A stretch of 57,647 nucleotides of DNA, filler included, from Basidiobolus ranarum (lineage: Eukaryota), in assembly GCA_040143965.1 (NCBI GenBank). It is 6 parts of 6 records of this genome, joined end to end, with 100 filler letters (N's around TTAATTAATTAA, not from the genome) between each part and the next. Parts side by side here need not be neighbours in the genome. Positions count along the whole stretch, not along the records: positions 19,275 to 28,800 come from JASJQH010000813.1; positions 28,901 to 38,422 come from JASJQH010000814.1; 4 more parts are not named here. One strand, given 5' to 3'. Of this stretch, positions 24,901-36,751 are shown piece after piece; within the stretch, counting starts at the first letter, position 1, and every line of letters begins with the position of its first letter. The notes beneath the pieces were generated by a model, which ran no database searches, was not told the origin of the DNA, and saw only the letters and a list, made by a program, of their open reading frames with translations. Position numbers and translations under genes: made by a program.

Positions 24901-26054
24901 GGGCCCAATATGAGTGGAAAATCCACGTATTTGAAGCAAATTGCTCTGTTGACTATTATGGCGCAAATGGGAAGCTAGTTAGTAGTATGAATTAACAATT
25001 GGTATGCTGTGTCAGTATTAACAATCATATTTAGCATTCCAGCTGAATATGCCTCTTTAAGACTTACGGATAAATTATTTAGCCGCATATGTAACGATAA
25101 TTTTATGCAAGCAAACATGTCTAGTTTTATGACTGAGATGACCGAAATGAGCTACATAATACGAAATGTTACGAATCATAGTTTAATTATCATCGATGAA
25201 TTAGGAAGAGGTTGTCTTAAACTTGTTAATATTGGCATATGTACTTAAATATTATTAGGGACGTCAACTTATGACGGCTTAGGAATTTCATATGCGATCA
25301 GCGAATATTTATTACGAACCAAGGTAAAATATGAGATGATTCTAACTGGATGGGCAAAGCTAATTGATTTTTGAAGGCTTTTGTGTTCTTCGCAACCCAT
25401 TTTCAAGAATTAGCTATAGGCTTGGATATCTATCCAAATGTGATAAATTTAAATCTAGCGGTTCAGGTTAAATATTGTTAATATCATTCTCACATCTCCA
25501 CAAATGTACTGACTTCACTCAACAATAGACAGAAGATGATACTTTCAAGTATCTTCATAAGGTCAAGAATGGATTCTCTCCTGTGAAAACCTATGGTAAA
25601 TCTTCCAATATAATCATTTAACCTGCGACACGTACTTAGGGTCTCGAAATACAGGAATAAAGCTAGCAAGTCTGGTTAGACTTCCTCAAGACTTATTAGA
25701 CAGCGCTCGAGCTATATCGAATGAGGTATGTCTAGTGCACCTTTTCTAATTAAAAAGAATTATTTAATATCGTAAAAAGTGTCAACAGGATGATCAGGAA
25801 ATCAAGACAAAGGATCGTCGGTGCAAAAAATTGATGACACAGGTGTCTGTTATATATACACACTTATGATCTCGAATATGGAGCTAACTTCGAAATTTTT
25901 GTAGCTTGTTCATCAGTTGGTACAATCCAAACGCACATCCACACTGAGTTTTGAGGAACTAAGCGACTATTTGCAATCATTACAGGCCAAATGCTCACCT
26001 TGGTTCCAAGACTGGACTGAAACTAAAGAGAATGATAATAATGAAATGTTGTAG
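21913..26054 (+). CDS. MSH4: MutS homologue 4 (meiotic crossover), about 30 exons
   Basis: Spliced peptides [55 protein letters not shown], Walker [29 protein letters not shown] and [10 protein letters not shown] at 21913, TAG ending at 26054. Confidence 0.93.
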
Positions 26055-26472
26055 CTCTTTCGAAAATCTTTATCTGACAAATCTTTGCTATAATAATCTT
26101 CCAGTATAACTGAAAATTCGATTCTTGAACTCATGTAGCATTGAATATATAAATGTATAGCCGAAAATAAATGCCAGGCCACACTTTTCAATTGGTAATG
26201 TCTGGTAGGATCATTTGCTTTTCTCTCTAGCACATTCAACAGCCAATTTTTATAATATGTGAGCCAGGAAGGTGGCATATACTTGGGAACTATAGTGTTG
26301 CTAGGAAGTAGATGAATCAAAGTTGCATTATGCTAAGGCAAGGTGTTTTCAGCATGAATGGTTATTAACGACAACCCTCATCAATAAGTAGCTCAATCAT
26401 TGAAAGGTTAGAAAAGAAATTGATTTATATTATTATAATTGTAGGAATTGTAAGCAATAGGGAGAGAGCTTT

Positions 26473-28684
26473 TCAGGTACGCATTGACGTGAAGAGACTC
26501 TTTTTTAAACTGGAATCATCAGTAGTACCACTATAGCTTTTGGAGCGATCATGATTGATATGTGGCGTATTTCTAGGTAAATCGGGGATCTTAATGTCAG
26601 GCAATGGCTTGTCCAAAAGTGAATCTGTATTGAAAGTAGGTGGCATTGTTGGTGAGGTAAGTGACTCCAGGGGAATCACGCATGTCGGGTTCTCCAGAAT
26701 ACGAAGATCCTCCAAAAATGTGGTTGGATTAATGATATGCGTAGAACCTTTAGAAGTTCAGCAACCAGACGCAAGATGATGTTATTGGGAGAGTTATGCT
26801 ATATATATTGGCTGTCATAAGAACATTCTTACCAATGAAAATATCTCGATTGTAGTACTCAGCCAGCTCATAAGCTGACCTTACTTCGGAATATGTTACA
26901 CCACCAGCAACAAATATAATGATCTTCCCTTTAGACTTGTCCCTGAATATCCAATCCTTTGAAATGATCATTGTGCAGGCTAAGTGAATTGAGCCACTTG
27001 AATTTATAAAGGAGCTTTAAAATACCGTGTTGCCAGAGGTTTTTCTCTTGGTCCATTGAGGTTTGTAGCTTGGTGGAAAGAATCTTATCAAAATCGCAGC
27101 CATAAATGCACTAAGTAGATATGCTACTCTTACTGTCGCAAATCCTTGGAGTTCTGTTCCTTGGTAATTGGTAGCTTTTCTTCCAAGCCACGCACGTAAG
27201 GATATCTATCACTATTTAGGTCACTGTGAATCTCATCCTATACAAAGTAAAGTTAAATCAGTCTCTTGGTTAATCTTGTGCATATATTGGCCTCACAACC
27301 TCTAGCACTCGCTTGATAACCGGGGTAAATCGGGAAAGATCGTATATGATGTCGCTTTGGTTACTACCATTGCCTCTTAATCGCTTGACTATGTGGGCAC
27401 CAGGCTTACCCGAGGTCTGATATAGAATATTTAGTTTAGCGAAGTTCTCAATCCATGTATACATGCATATATACTCTGGTTAGTCTGGCTCCGAGAAGGG
27501 CCAAATTTTGAATCGCATCGTTATTTCCCATTACTTCGTTCAAGTCCCATTGCTCACGAATCTTCTCCCACGAATCAGTTCTAACTCCATCTTTAGATAG
27601 AACATATAAAATCAGAATGCGCATCTTGTCATCTGGGCTTATCAAGTGAATTAATTAACAGTAGCATTGAAAAAAGTCGACCTCTGCTTTAGAAGATACT
27701 CACTGAATACCATCATCTTTGAGTATCGACAGTACCTCATCTAGCATGTGTTGAGTCGCTTTTCCATCTGAGCGATATCCTGTAGCCAGGTCCTAGAGGA
27801 AAGTTAGCAATAATGAACTTCAACGCTTCGAATGTTCAGGAGACAGACCTGTTCCAACGCGGCAATGGATTCAATTTTATGGGATTTGTAATACTCCGAA
27901 CACTCACTGGCAATACTAATATGAACACCGCACTGTTGTCAAACCGAATCAATAAGTAACAAGCCATGGGTCGATTCTCAATATTGCAGTCCATCCACAA
28001 AATCACCTTTGCTTTCAACTCTTGATACTCTGGCAAAGAGTAAACCAACTTCTTCAATTGATTCAGCTTATTCGCCTGATCTTTTCTAGATTGATTGGAG
28101 ACGTTAAACCGGGAAATTGAAGTAGAGCTTAGCTCCACAAGGTATCCAAGAACCAAAAATACCTCTCAAATGTTTGACTTTGCATCTTTCTTTCCTCGAG
28201 CTCCTTTAACTTATTTACCAAGTTCGGTACACATTCATCAAAGTGGCAATGCCTTAGTTCCACCCAGAGTTTGTCGTTCTCATCCAGAACCACCTTCTTG
28301 GTCAGCTTTTCGCTACACTCGTTTACATATTCGTACCTTGTTGGAAAGTTATAGGAGACTGGTGTTGAGTAAGTGATTATATAGATCGAATCCAAGGAAA
28401 GCGAGTCTTTTACATGTATTTGGACCCGTTTTCCAGCTGTAGAAGATCACTGGCCATTGCCTGGTAAGTGAATTCATGCACTAATGGAGAGGCGAGATCA
28501 ATTGTACGATCGAGAATGATGAGAACTGATTTGGATTCCTATGAGAAATATTATTATGAGTTGGGGATTTGAAATGAATATGGAACATGGATAACGATTA
28601 CATTTGGTAAATGGCATTTCCCTTTACTGGTAGGCCAAGTATCTCTTTGCGAATAGATCTCTATTTCTTTTTCCAGTAGATTCG
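26473..28684 (-). CDS. SEC1: Sec1/Munc18 exocytic SM protein, 3' part (5' end absent), multi-exon
   Basis: [87 protein letters not shown]. Confidence 0.92.
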
Positions 28685-28688
28685 CTAT

Positions 28689-28800
28689 ATATTAGTAATA
28701 ACTTGGATAGGAGCATTAACTGCTTTCTTTGGAGCTTCAAGTGCTTTACTTCAAAATGATCTAAAAAGAGTAATTGCTTACTCAACTTGTAGTCAATTAG
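28689..28800 (+). other. nad5: Mitochondrial nad5 fragment (NUMT or chimeric contig end)
   Basis: Translates [37 protein letters not shown], the conserved ND5 motif, with AT-rich mitochondrial-style codons. Confidence 0.9.
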
Positions 28801-28900
28801 NNNNNNNNNNNNNNNNNNNNNNNNNNNNNNNNNNNNNNNNNNNNTTAATTAATTAANNNNNNNNNNNNNNNNNNNNNNNNNNNNNNNNNNNNNNNNNNNN
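28801..28900. other. Artificial contig linker
   Basis: N44-TTAATTAATTAA-N44. Confidence 0.99.
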
Positions 28901-29853
28901 ATTCCAGTCATATTGGAGAAGATATCATTTATAATATTACATCTTGATTGGAAAGCATATTGCCAAATTACTAAACACTTATGCTAGTTTGGTGTATTTG
29001 GCGCTACTAGATATATGAAACTTTGTCACACAAATAACAATCCTGCACCAGCTTAAAATGGTAGCATTCAAGATAAATGATATTCTATGTTACATTCTAA
29101 CTGTCGACTCCTTGATAGCTATTGAATTTAATGTATGAAATATCTTTCCGTTCTTCTCCACCTTTCCTTTATCATAAAATGAATAATAAACAGGAAATGT
29201 ACTTAGATGGTTCATAAATACTTACGTGTTGGTGTGATATTGTTAAGGTATCAGGAATTCTTCAATAATTCTCTTATCCGATGACAAAAATCAATCGGAT
29301 TACTCATTGGAAATTTTTCAACAGAATTACTAAAATAAGAAATTTACCCGACACATGCCATTTCATGGTATAAAAAACTTCCCCATTCTTGGCATTCAAG
29401 GAACCTTTTTCACAAAATGGTTAAGTATATTATCCAAGGTCAGGTACACATCTAGGATTACGTCCAGAAAAACCAAGTGTCATGTTTTACCGGGTAAATT
29501 GGTTGAATGTCTCGGGACTATTGATGATTCGGCATGATGGAAAGGAACCAAATGGACTTCTATTAAGCCATCCAATAATAGCCTAGTTTAAGGGAATTTA
29601 ACGTTGAGGATCATGAGTGATAATTAGGCCTAGAGTTTAGAACACGCTTAATAACTCAAGCCAAATTAAAGTCACAAAGTTAAATTAGAATATAAAAAGA
29701 ATCTTGGAATACTTCATCGATCTGCACCAACTTTATCGTTGTTTCATATTCTATCACATGTTTCGTATTAACTTTATTTTGTTTCATTTGAAAAATTCAA
29801 TTCAATCTAATGGTACGGAGTTGAGAAGTGAGTATGAAGGTCTATTTGGTTGA

Positions 29854-30986
29854 TTACAAAATCGATTTCAATGGATATGAATCTGCGGATTTTTGATGTC
29901 TATCTCGGTCATCGTATCCATTCATACCACCTTCATTCCCACCATTCGCACCGGATACTCCTATACTCAATTCCTTGGCATTAGAGAGTCGATTTAAGAT
30001 CAATAAATCGTTGGCCAGACGTAATTGAAGTATGAGGTCCACATGAATTAAGATCTCAGTGTTACGACCTAGAGCTCCAAAAAAGATGCACACATTAATG
30101 ATAAACCTGTTAAGTTCGAGTGTAAATTAGCGATGGGAAATGTAAACGGCATTCATTTGGAGTAACCACGTACGAAATAATGAGCATGGGCACTGCTTCA
30201 TAGAGGAACTCCTTGAATAGAGAATGTAACCAGTAGCCTTGTTGAACATGACGACGTACCGCTTTGGAGTGCTCGAAAATCTATGAAAAAATGAGTTGGT
30301 GAGTATATGTGTCCGCATAGTAATAATGCTAACACGAGTACTCACTTTCACCATGAATAAGCAAGTCAACACAATATCAGTTAGAACATCAACTGCTATG
30401 GTTATCTGTAAATACATTGTGGAATGAGATTAAGAGGTAATCATCCGAAAGTACATTGAATTAAAGACTCACCTGTGTTGATATAGGCTCTAGTACAGAA
30501 ATACATATTTCCTGGTCCCCTTGACTTCCAGTGGTATCCGCTTTCAATAGTCCGCAATGTGTATTGGTGGTAATCAGTCTGATGACCATTACTACTGCGA
30601 AGAAGTAACGTATAATTTTACGATGCATAGTAACCGCTTCGCATCTCCAGAACAGAATAACATGGTTCAACACTTTGGCAAGTTGTATGGCTGCGCAAGT
30701 GGTTCTCAGACGAGTCTGACAATCTCCGTAAAAGGAATTGAGAATAACATCAGTGATGTTGGTTACAGTAGCACCTAATGGTTATTAAAGAGTCATGAAT
30801 CATCCTACAGAACCATTAAGTTATCTAAAGAAGATTACCTACAATCAACAAGTTCGATAGAGTATGTAACAGTCCTGCCCTGGTGCGTATAATGCCAGTA
30901 TTGGCAAAGATAATCCGCAAATTAATTAGGGCAGCGGTGACTGAAGCTACTAGAACTCCGGAATAGAGACGATCAAACGCAATCAT
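29854..30986 (-). CDS. Orphan multi-pass (about 7 TM) membrane protein, GPCR-like; 5 exons
   Basis: Exons splice in frame: MIAFDRLYSGVLV...LLIV|GATVTNITDV...GDCQTRL...VILFWRC...QEICIS...|ITIAVDVLTDIVLTCLFMVK|IFEH...|FIINVCIFF...KSIL*. About 7 hydrophobic segments. Start codon uncertain. Confidence 0.75.
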
Positions 30987-31839
30987 CTTGGGTAGAAATA
31001 ATGAGCTGTTAGAACAGGTACCAAGGACCAATTTTGTCTCATTTTAACGGTGGTGAAAAAGAACTGAGCTTCGAGTTTAATGATCGAATTCTCTCACAGT
31101 AAAAAAGCTCAATCAAGTAACATGTGCAACAGTTGGGCGCATAATTTAAGACATTTGTATAGCGTACAAAATCACCATCACACCATGAACAATGATTCCT
31201 TGTGCCAATACAACTTCTGTCTCGAGGTTTTATTGGCCAAGTAGGTTAATTAAGTTGAGTCGTACGTATTATGTTCACCTCATCGCATATATAAACAGTT
31301 AGCGATGCTTATCATTGTCGAGTGAAAAATGATTTGTAACATGATTAGCTGTGTTCGAGGGTCTTCCAGGTATAGTGACCTCTGTGTTACATTTTCCAAA
31401 AACGAAACACCATTAGAACCCTGCGCTTCTTGATTTGATCTTTATTACTATTGATTTGGTCTTCACTATTGTTCATTCGATTTTCATTGTCACCAACAAA
31501 GAAGTTAATGACGATCATAGGATAAATATGGGCCATCCTGTCAAATAGTCGGATTCTGCTGATCTTCCATCTCCAAATCCTACCAATTATTTACATTTAT
31601 GGTAGTGCAGATAAATGCAAGCTCAAGGACAAGCACATATAATGGGGTAAAATCTAACCCACTTTTTGCAAACATCCCATACAGAGATGAAGTTTAAATC
31701 TATATCTTTAGATTCAGATGATCTGAACCCAAGAATAGGGTAAATTCAAGAGAATTCGAGAAATATATGGGTGATTATTATATTAATTTATTCATTTCAT
31801 CTCAAAAATTGTCGAAAATACATATTATGAAATCAAGGT

Positions 31840-33480
31840 TTAGTTGGGGAATGTGCAGTATCTGTATTCGTTCTCTTTGACACAGACTTGGCCGTTAGCA
31901 CAATCGCTATCTTCGGAGCAGAGACAGAAATCTTCCAAAGCGCAATGCTTGATGGCTGGGTTTGGCTTGGAGGGAATGTCATTGAAAATACGGTTGGTGA
32001 AATCATTGCTGAACACACCACGAGGATCAAATGAGCGAACAAGTTTGGCGAAATCATCGATCTTAGGGTGGGCGGCAGCACGGACCTCACGAGAGAAGTA
32101 GTGAAGACCGTTCTTACCCCAATGAGGACGAGCGTCATATTTGTTGATTAAAGTTTGACCAATAAGTTGAGTGGCTTCAAGACCAAGTCTAGGATCGTTG
32201 ATGTTGTCAATTCTGGAGGGAGTAATGAATTCAATGTGAACAGTCTTACGACCATGAGAAAGAGACATCCAACCGTCAGTAGCAGGACTGAATCTGAACC
32301 AGATACCGTTGAAGGGGAAGCATGCGGGGTGTTTGCTAAGAATTTCTTGGATATCACGGACGACATCTTGGAAATGTTCCAATGGGAAACCCATGGAGAT
32401 ATCACGGATATCAAATGGAATCTTGTTCACTTTAGGATCCCAAAAGCATGGGTTGCAAGTTTGAGTCATCATATCACGAGGATATCCTACAGCTGGGTTG
32501 CTTAGACCTCCACTGGGGTTGGAGTATATGGGAGGCTTTCCGGTGGTGGTGGTCCAGAATGATTTCTCTCCTTCAGCTTCCATAATGCATAATTCAGTGA
32601 TATTACGAGTGGCTTGAACCTTCTCAAAAGAGTTCACCAGTCCACTAACATCTTTGGGTTCCATGGTTCCAATGAAGTTCCATCTATCCTCACCAGGGAC
32701 AGTAACTGGAACGTATGAACCATTGGATACAACAACGGTGTTGGTGACGGGGAACCACCACGCTTGGAATATATCATAGTTAGGGATCATGGCTTCGATA
32801 GTTCCATCCAGAAGATGGCTATCTGGTACAGGGTGATTCTCAACGTGGAGCTTGTAGGCAGGGATAACCTTGAGAGTGACGTCGTAAAGAAGTCCGATAG
32901 CACCAATATGCACACGGAATGCATCCAATAACTTTCCTTTAACGGTCACAAGTTTACCAGTACCAGTAACTACTCTCATAGATTCAACTAAATCACTCAT
33001 GGAAGTGACATGGATCAAGGATGAGCCATGGGCACCGGTACCAAGAGCTCCAGCAACGGTAACTTCACCGAAGTTAGGGAAGTTAACGATACCCAAACCA
33101 TGCTTGTTCAAGTATTCCAGTAAATTTACCAGTGTCATACCAGCCTCAACGGTGACAGTTTTACGGTCACTAGCGATCTTGATATTCTGGAACTTGTCGA
33201 AGTTTACTACAACACCATCTGTACAGATAATATCTGAAGCAGAGTGCAAATGACCAATACCTTTCACATGTTGTTTGTTGTTGTATGCGTTACGGACGAT
33301 ACGTTGGAGCTCAAAAACGGATCTGGGCTGAGCCATCTTCTGACTACTACAGGCAATATACCGGTTGAATGAAGTATATTGTCCTGAAAGATCCTTGCTG
33401 GAAAGGTCTTCGGCATTGGAGGAGCCGAACAAGGCGCAGGCGGCCAAAAGTGAAAGAAGTTGACTTCTCTTGGGAAACAT
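31840..33480 (-). CDS. Secreted FAD-linked aldonolactone oxidase, plant L-gulonolactone-oxidase (GULLO)-like, intronless, 546 aa
   Basis: Signal peptide; GHLHS covalent-FAD His motif; TVAGALGTGAHGS; RPHWGKN; DPRGVFSN; Cys-rich tail CALEDFCLCSEDSDC. Confidence 0.92.
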   Translation of the reverse strand: MFPKRSQLLSLLAACALFGSSNAEDLSSKDLSGQYTSFNRYIACSSQKMAQPRSVFELQRIVRNAYNNKQHVKGIGHLHSASDIICTDGVVVNFDKFQNIKIASDRKTVTVEAGMTLVNLLEYLNKHGLGIVNFPNFGEVTVAGALGTGAHGSSLIHVTSMSDLVESMRVVTGTGKLVTVKGKLLDAFRVHIGAIGLLYDVTLKVIPAYKLHVENHPVPDSHLLDGTIEAMIPNYDIFQAWWFPVTNTVVVSNGSYVPVTVPGEDRWNFIGTMEPKDVSGLVNSFEKVQATRNITELCIMEAEGEKSFWTTTTGKPPIYSNPSGGLSNPAVGYPRDMMTQTCNPCFWDPKVNKIPFDIRDISMGFPLEHFQDVVRDIQEILSKHPACFPFNGIWFRFSPATDGWMSLSHGRKTVHIEFITPSRIDNINDPRLGLEATQLIGQTLINKYDARPHWGKNGLHYFSREVRAAAHPKIDDFAKLVRSFDPRGVFSNDFTNRIFNDIPSKPNPAIKHCALEDFCLCSEDSDCANGQVCVKENEYRYCTFPN

Positions 33481-34133
33481 GATGAATATGAAGTAATCGA
33501 AGTCAATTCAATCTGTGAATAAATGTAGTTCTAGGATGCAGCATTATTTATACTTGGCAATACACAAGAAGATGGTTCGAAATATTAAATACACAAAATG
33601 GTGCGGATTTTCAAGACTCTATTTCGATCTAGAGAAGAGAGGCTTTCATTTTCACCGTAGTACATGTCCAACACATACTTGAAAACAACAAAGGTACCAT
33701 TTACAACACATTCTTTCTTTCAACTCGTCTTGGATCCTTACACAATCGTAACCTCTGTGCGAAGCTGGGGTGAATACAAGAAAAGGGAATGGTCGGAATA
33801 TCGAGAAGCCGGTCACAATGCACCAATGGTTGAGTGATATTGCGAGGATTGTAAAACTCCTTCTATATCTGTAGCTACCGAAGTAATATTGAGTTGCGTG
33901 TATTGCTCAAATAGTGATTTTCAGCTGCACTCCTCCTCCAATCGTGCATTCCTCAAATCGCCACCATTGTGATGTTACATTCGGATCCGATTGAACGATC
34001 AAGATAGTGGCTCTGAATTCGGCCATATGCTTCGTGAACATCCATAAATGAAATAAGTCAACTTTTGTTATTGTTTCACATAAAACCGTATGATTCCGTA
34101 ATATTTATCCTAAATTTAGTCTGACTTAATTGA

Positions 34134-34144
34134 TGACTTAGTCA
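34134..34144. promoter_or_regulatory. Palindrome TGACT-T-AGTCA containing a Yap/AP-1-like site, in the divergent oxidase/bZIP promoter
   Basis: Contains TTAGTCA (reverse complement TGACTAA), about 135 bp upstream of the bZIP ATG; another TGACTTA lies at ~34122. Confidence 0.3.
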
Positions 34145-34279
34145 CCAATTTAAACAATATTTCTCATTTTGAGGTTAACTTCATATGGTCAGGTGATCCG
34201 ACAAATGGTATCTCTTCAATTTGTCAGTAACGAAATGGCACAACTATGTAAATGAACTTTCTTAAGTTGACGAGTATCA

Positions 34280-35603
34280 ATGAAAACCAGAGGACGTAAG
34301 AAAGATACCACACTTCCACCTTCAGTAAGTCATAAATCTAGCTAAAGATGAATATCTTTAGAGTCCGATACAAACAAAGTAACTTTTTTGCAGAAAAGTC
34401 GGGATGCTCAAAGAGCTTTTAGAGAGCGAAAGCTTGAGTATGTAAAAAATCTTGAAGAAAATGCTCGACAATTAGACTCAGAACGTATACAAATGATCTC
34501 TGCACTACAGGAGAATTCACGTAAACTTTCAGAAGAAAACACTCGCTTGAAGAGTCTCGTATTACGACTTGAGCGAGAAAACCGAATTTTACGTCAAGAC
34601 CAAGCGTCGACTAATCCGAACACCCCTGTAACTACTTTATTACATACATTAAATCTAACGGTTAGTACATGTTCCTCTATCATGTTTTAACAAACTACTT
34701 TAATGAATGCCGTTTTTTTAGAATACCTCAAAACTGAATGCATTTACACATCCCGCTCCTTATGTTTCGACTACTTTTACTAAAGACCTACATAGTAGAC
34801 CAAATAACAATAGTGCCAACAACCCACACCCTGATTCTGAATTGCAACGCAATCATAATATTGATGAGATTACAACTAAGTTCTGCTCTTGCATTCAAAA
34901 TGATAAACTCGCAGAGCGATTTTGTCGTGCTATTGCTTCTTATGCTTATGCAAACAGTCATGATAAAGAAAAGGGCGTGGAAAGTCTATTGGACTTTGAT
35001 ATTTTTCAGAAAAACGAGCATGGTCAAATATCTCTGTCTACAGAAGTAATGTTCTCAGGCCTCAACATTCCAAATCACGCCCGGACAGCACCGCCTAGCC
35101 AAGTGAGAGAGGAAAGTATAAATAGCGAAGTACAGGATTCCCAATGTTGTGCTGGATTGTTCAATTGTGGAGACATAACCAAAGAAGACCATAACTTGGC
35201 ATGTTGCGCTGGCTTATTCGATTGCGAACAAACACCACCAGAGAAAAAAGCCTTGTCGAATGATGTTTTAGTGGATGATCATCAGATAAAATCCAGTTAT
35301 AGTAAGCTATTTGTTTTAAGAAAATAATTGCTGGTAATGAAATCCTCCCTCCAACATAATTCTCATAATCTTTAATACTTAGCGGTAGATACTCCGGTCG
35401 TGTCTTGCGAACTTGCTTGGAAAAAGCTCTCACGTCTACTCTATACGGGAAAATCGGCAAATATAGATGATCTCATAGAGTTGTTTCGGTATAAGGTAAG
35501 TCAATCGCCAAAAGGCCCTGTCCTGGAAGAAGCAGCCGTGATAGATGCATTGATGAGACTTTCTCAAGGATCAGATGCCAATTGCAGCAATGTTGATGGA
35601 TAA
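34280..35603 (+). CDS. bZIP transcription factor (Yap/HapX-related) with duplicated CCxGLFxC motifs; 4 exons
   Basis: MKTRGRKKDTTLPPS|KSRDAQRAFRERK plus leucine zipper. Introns 34325-34393, 34661-34721 and 35302-35388 keep frame. C-terminal CELAWKKL...IDDL...GPV resembles the PAP1/Yap1 c-CRD fold. Confidence 0.88.
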
Positions 35604-36751
35604 ATATCGACTGTAGAACGCACAAATTTCAACACAAATTTCAATTATCATAGGCGGAGATTAAATCAGCAAGTGCAGGCTTGTGGAAAGCTTTGATCTC
35701 TCTAGTTTGTACAAGTATACTGGTTTTACGTAGGTAGTGTAACTGATGTCTCGATATTAGGAAATTCCTGTATTGAAAAATGGTTGCATATGCATGGATG
35801 CAAATAAATCAGTTATTTTGGCAAACATTGATTTTCCAATTCGATATTTCCGTGTTTAACGGAGAAAAATACCCGTATCTAGGCATCTTTGGACAAGCAA
35901 GATCGTGTGAAGTTTGAGGGGTAAATAGCATGCGTTCTCTTCTTAACCCCAGTCTTTTTCTGTTTCGAATCTTCATATCATGCAAAACCTAACAAATGTA
36001 TCACTTTTCTGCAACCACATAGTACTAGAAATGCATCACAGCGTCATTTACACTTCTATCACATGATGTAGAGAGTCATCACCATTACCAAGGTAGTTTA
36101 CCTAGTCGTTCTCCTCTCAGCTGATCATTCGCAAACAATGCACCAAAACCTTCAGGGGAATCTATTCTGGTATAGATCCTTTTTTTACTTCCACACAGGA
36201 TATATAGCATGTATCAAATCTTACCTTTCCTTCAAGCATTCTATTCCACTACCTTTTAGTTAAACCCTATTTTCAAAACTCACTCTATACATCTCGGTAT
36301 AGATAATATAGTTAAGGATTCTCTCTAACAAGAATCGGTATTTACAAGTAATTGGGAGTGTTTAGGATATAGGAAAGGAATATGCACTGTATCGAACTAA
36401 ACCATAAGCTATTTCAAGATTAATGGCTATTGCACCGAGTCTCAGGAAAAATATGAATATTTCGTCTTTTCCGCAATATTTGCCACATATAAGTTACGAT
36501 TTATACTTGGGTGTAGATATTTCAATAGCTATGTGACTAACAGTAAAACTTTTATCTAATATTGTTACAATCATAGTAGTTGGGATTGGTAACTAGATTC
36601 AAATACCTGTAACTGTTATAAGTAGTTCATTGAAATAAGAGGTGATGAAATTGAAAATCAGTTACAAACAGTTTTATTAAGGGAACAATAAAACCTCATT
36701 GGATTTGTTATTTGATTAGCATTTGTGCCCAGTTAATGACATCTTGTTCCT

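Noticed and set aside
25967..26320. 117-aa minus-strand ORF between MSH4 and SEC1
   Set aside because: Non-ATG start, overlaps the MSH4 3' end and lies in the convergent UTR region; no motifs.
28940..29362. Exon/intron-like pattern on the minus strand
   Set aside because: The GT/AG combinations I tried all hit stops; no protein recognised.
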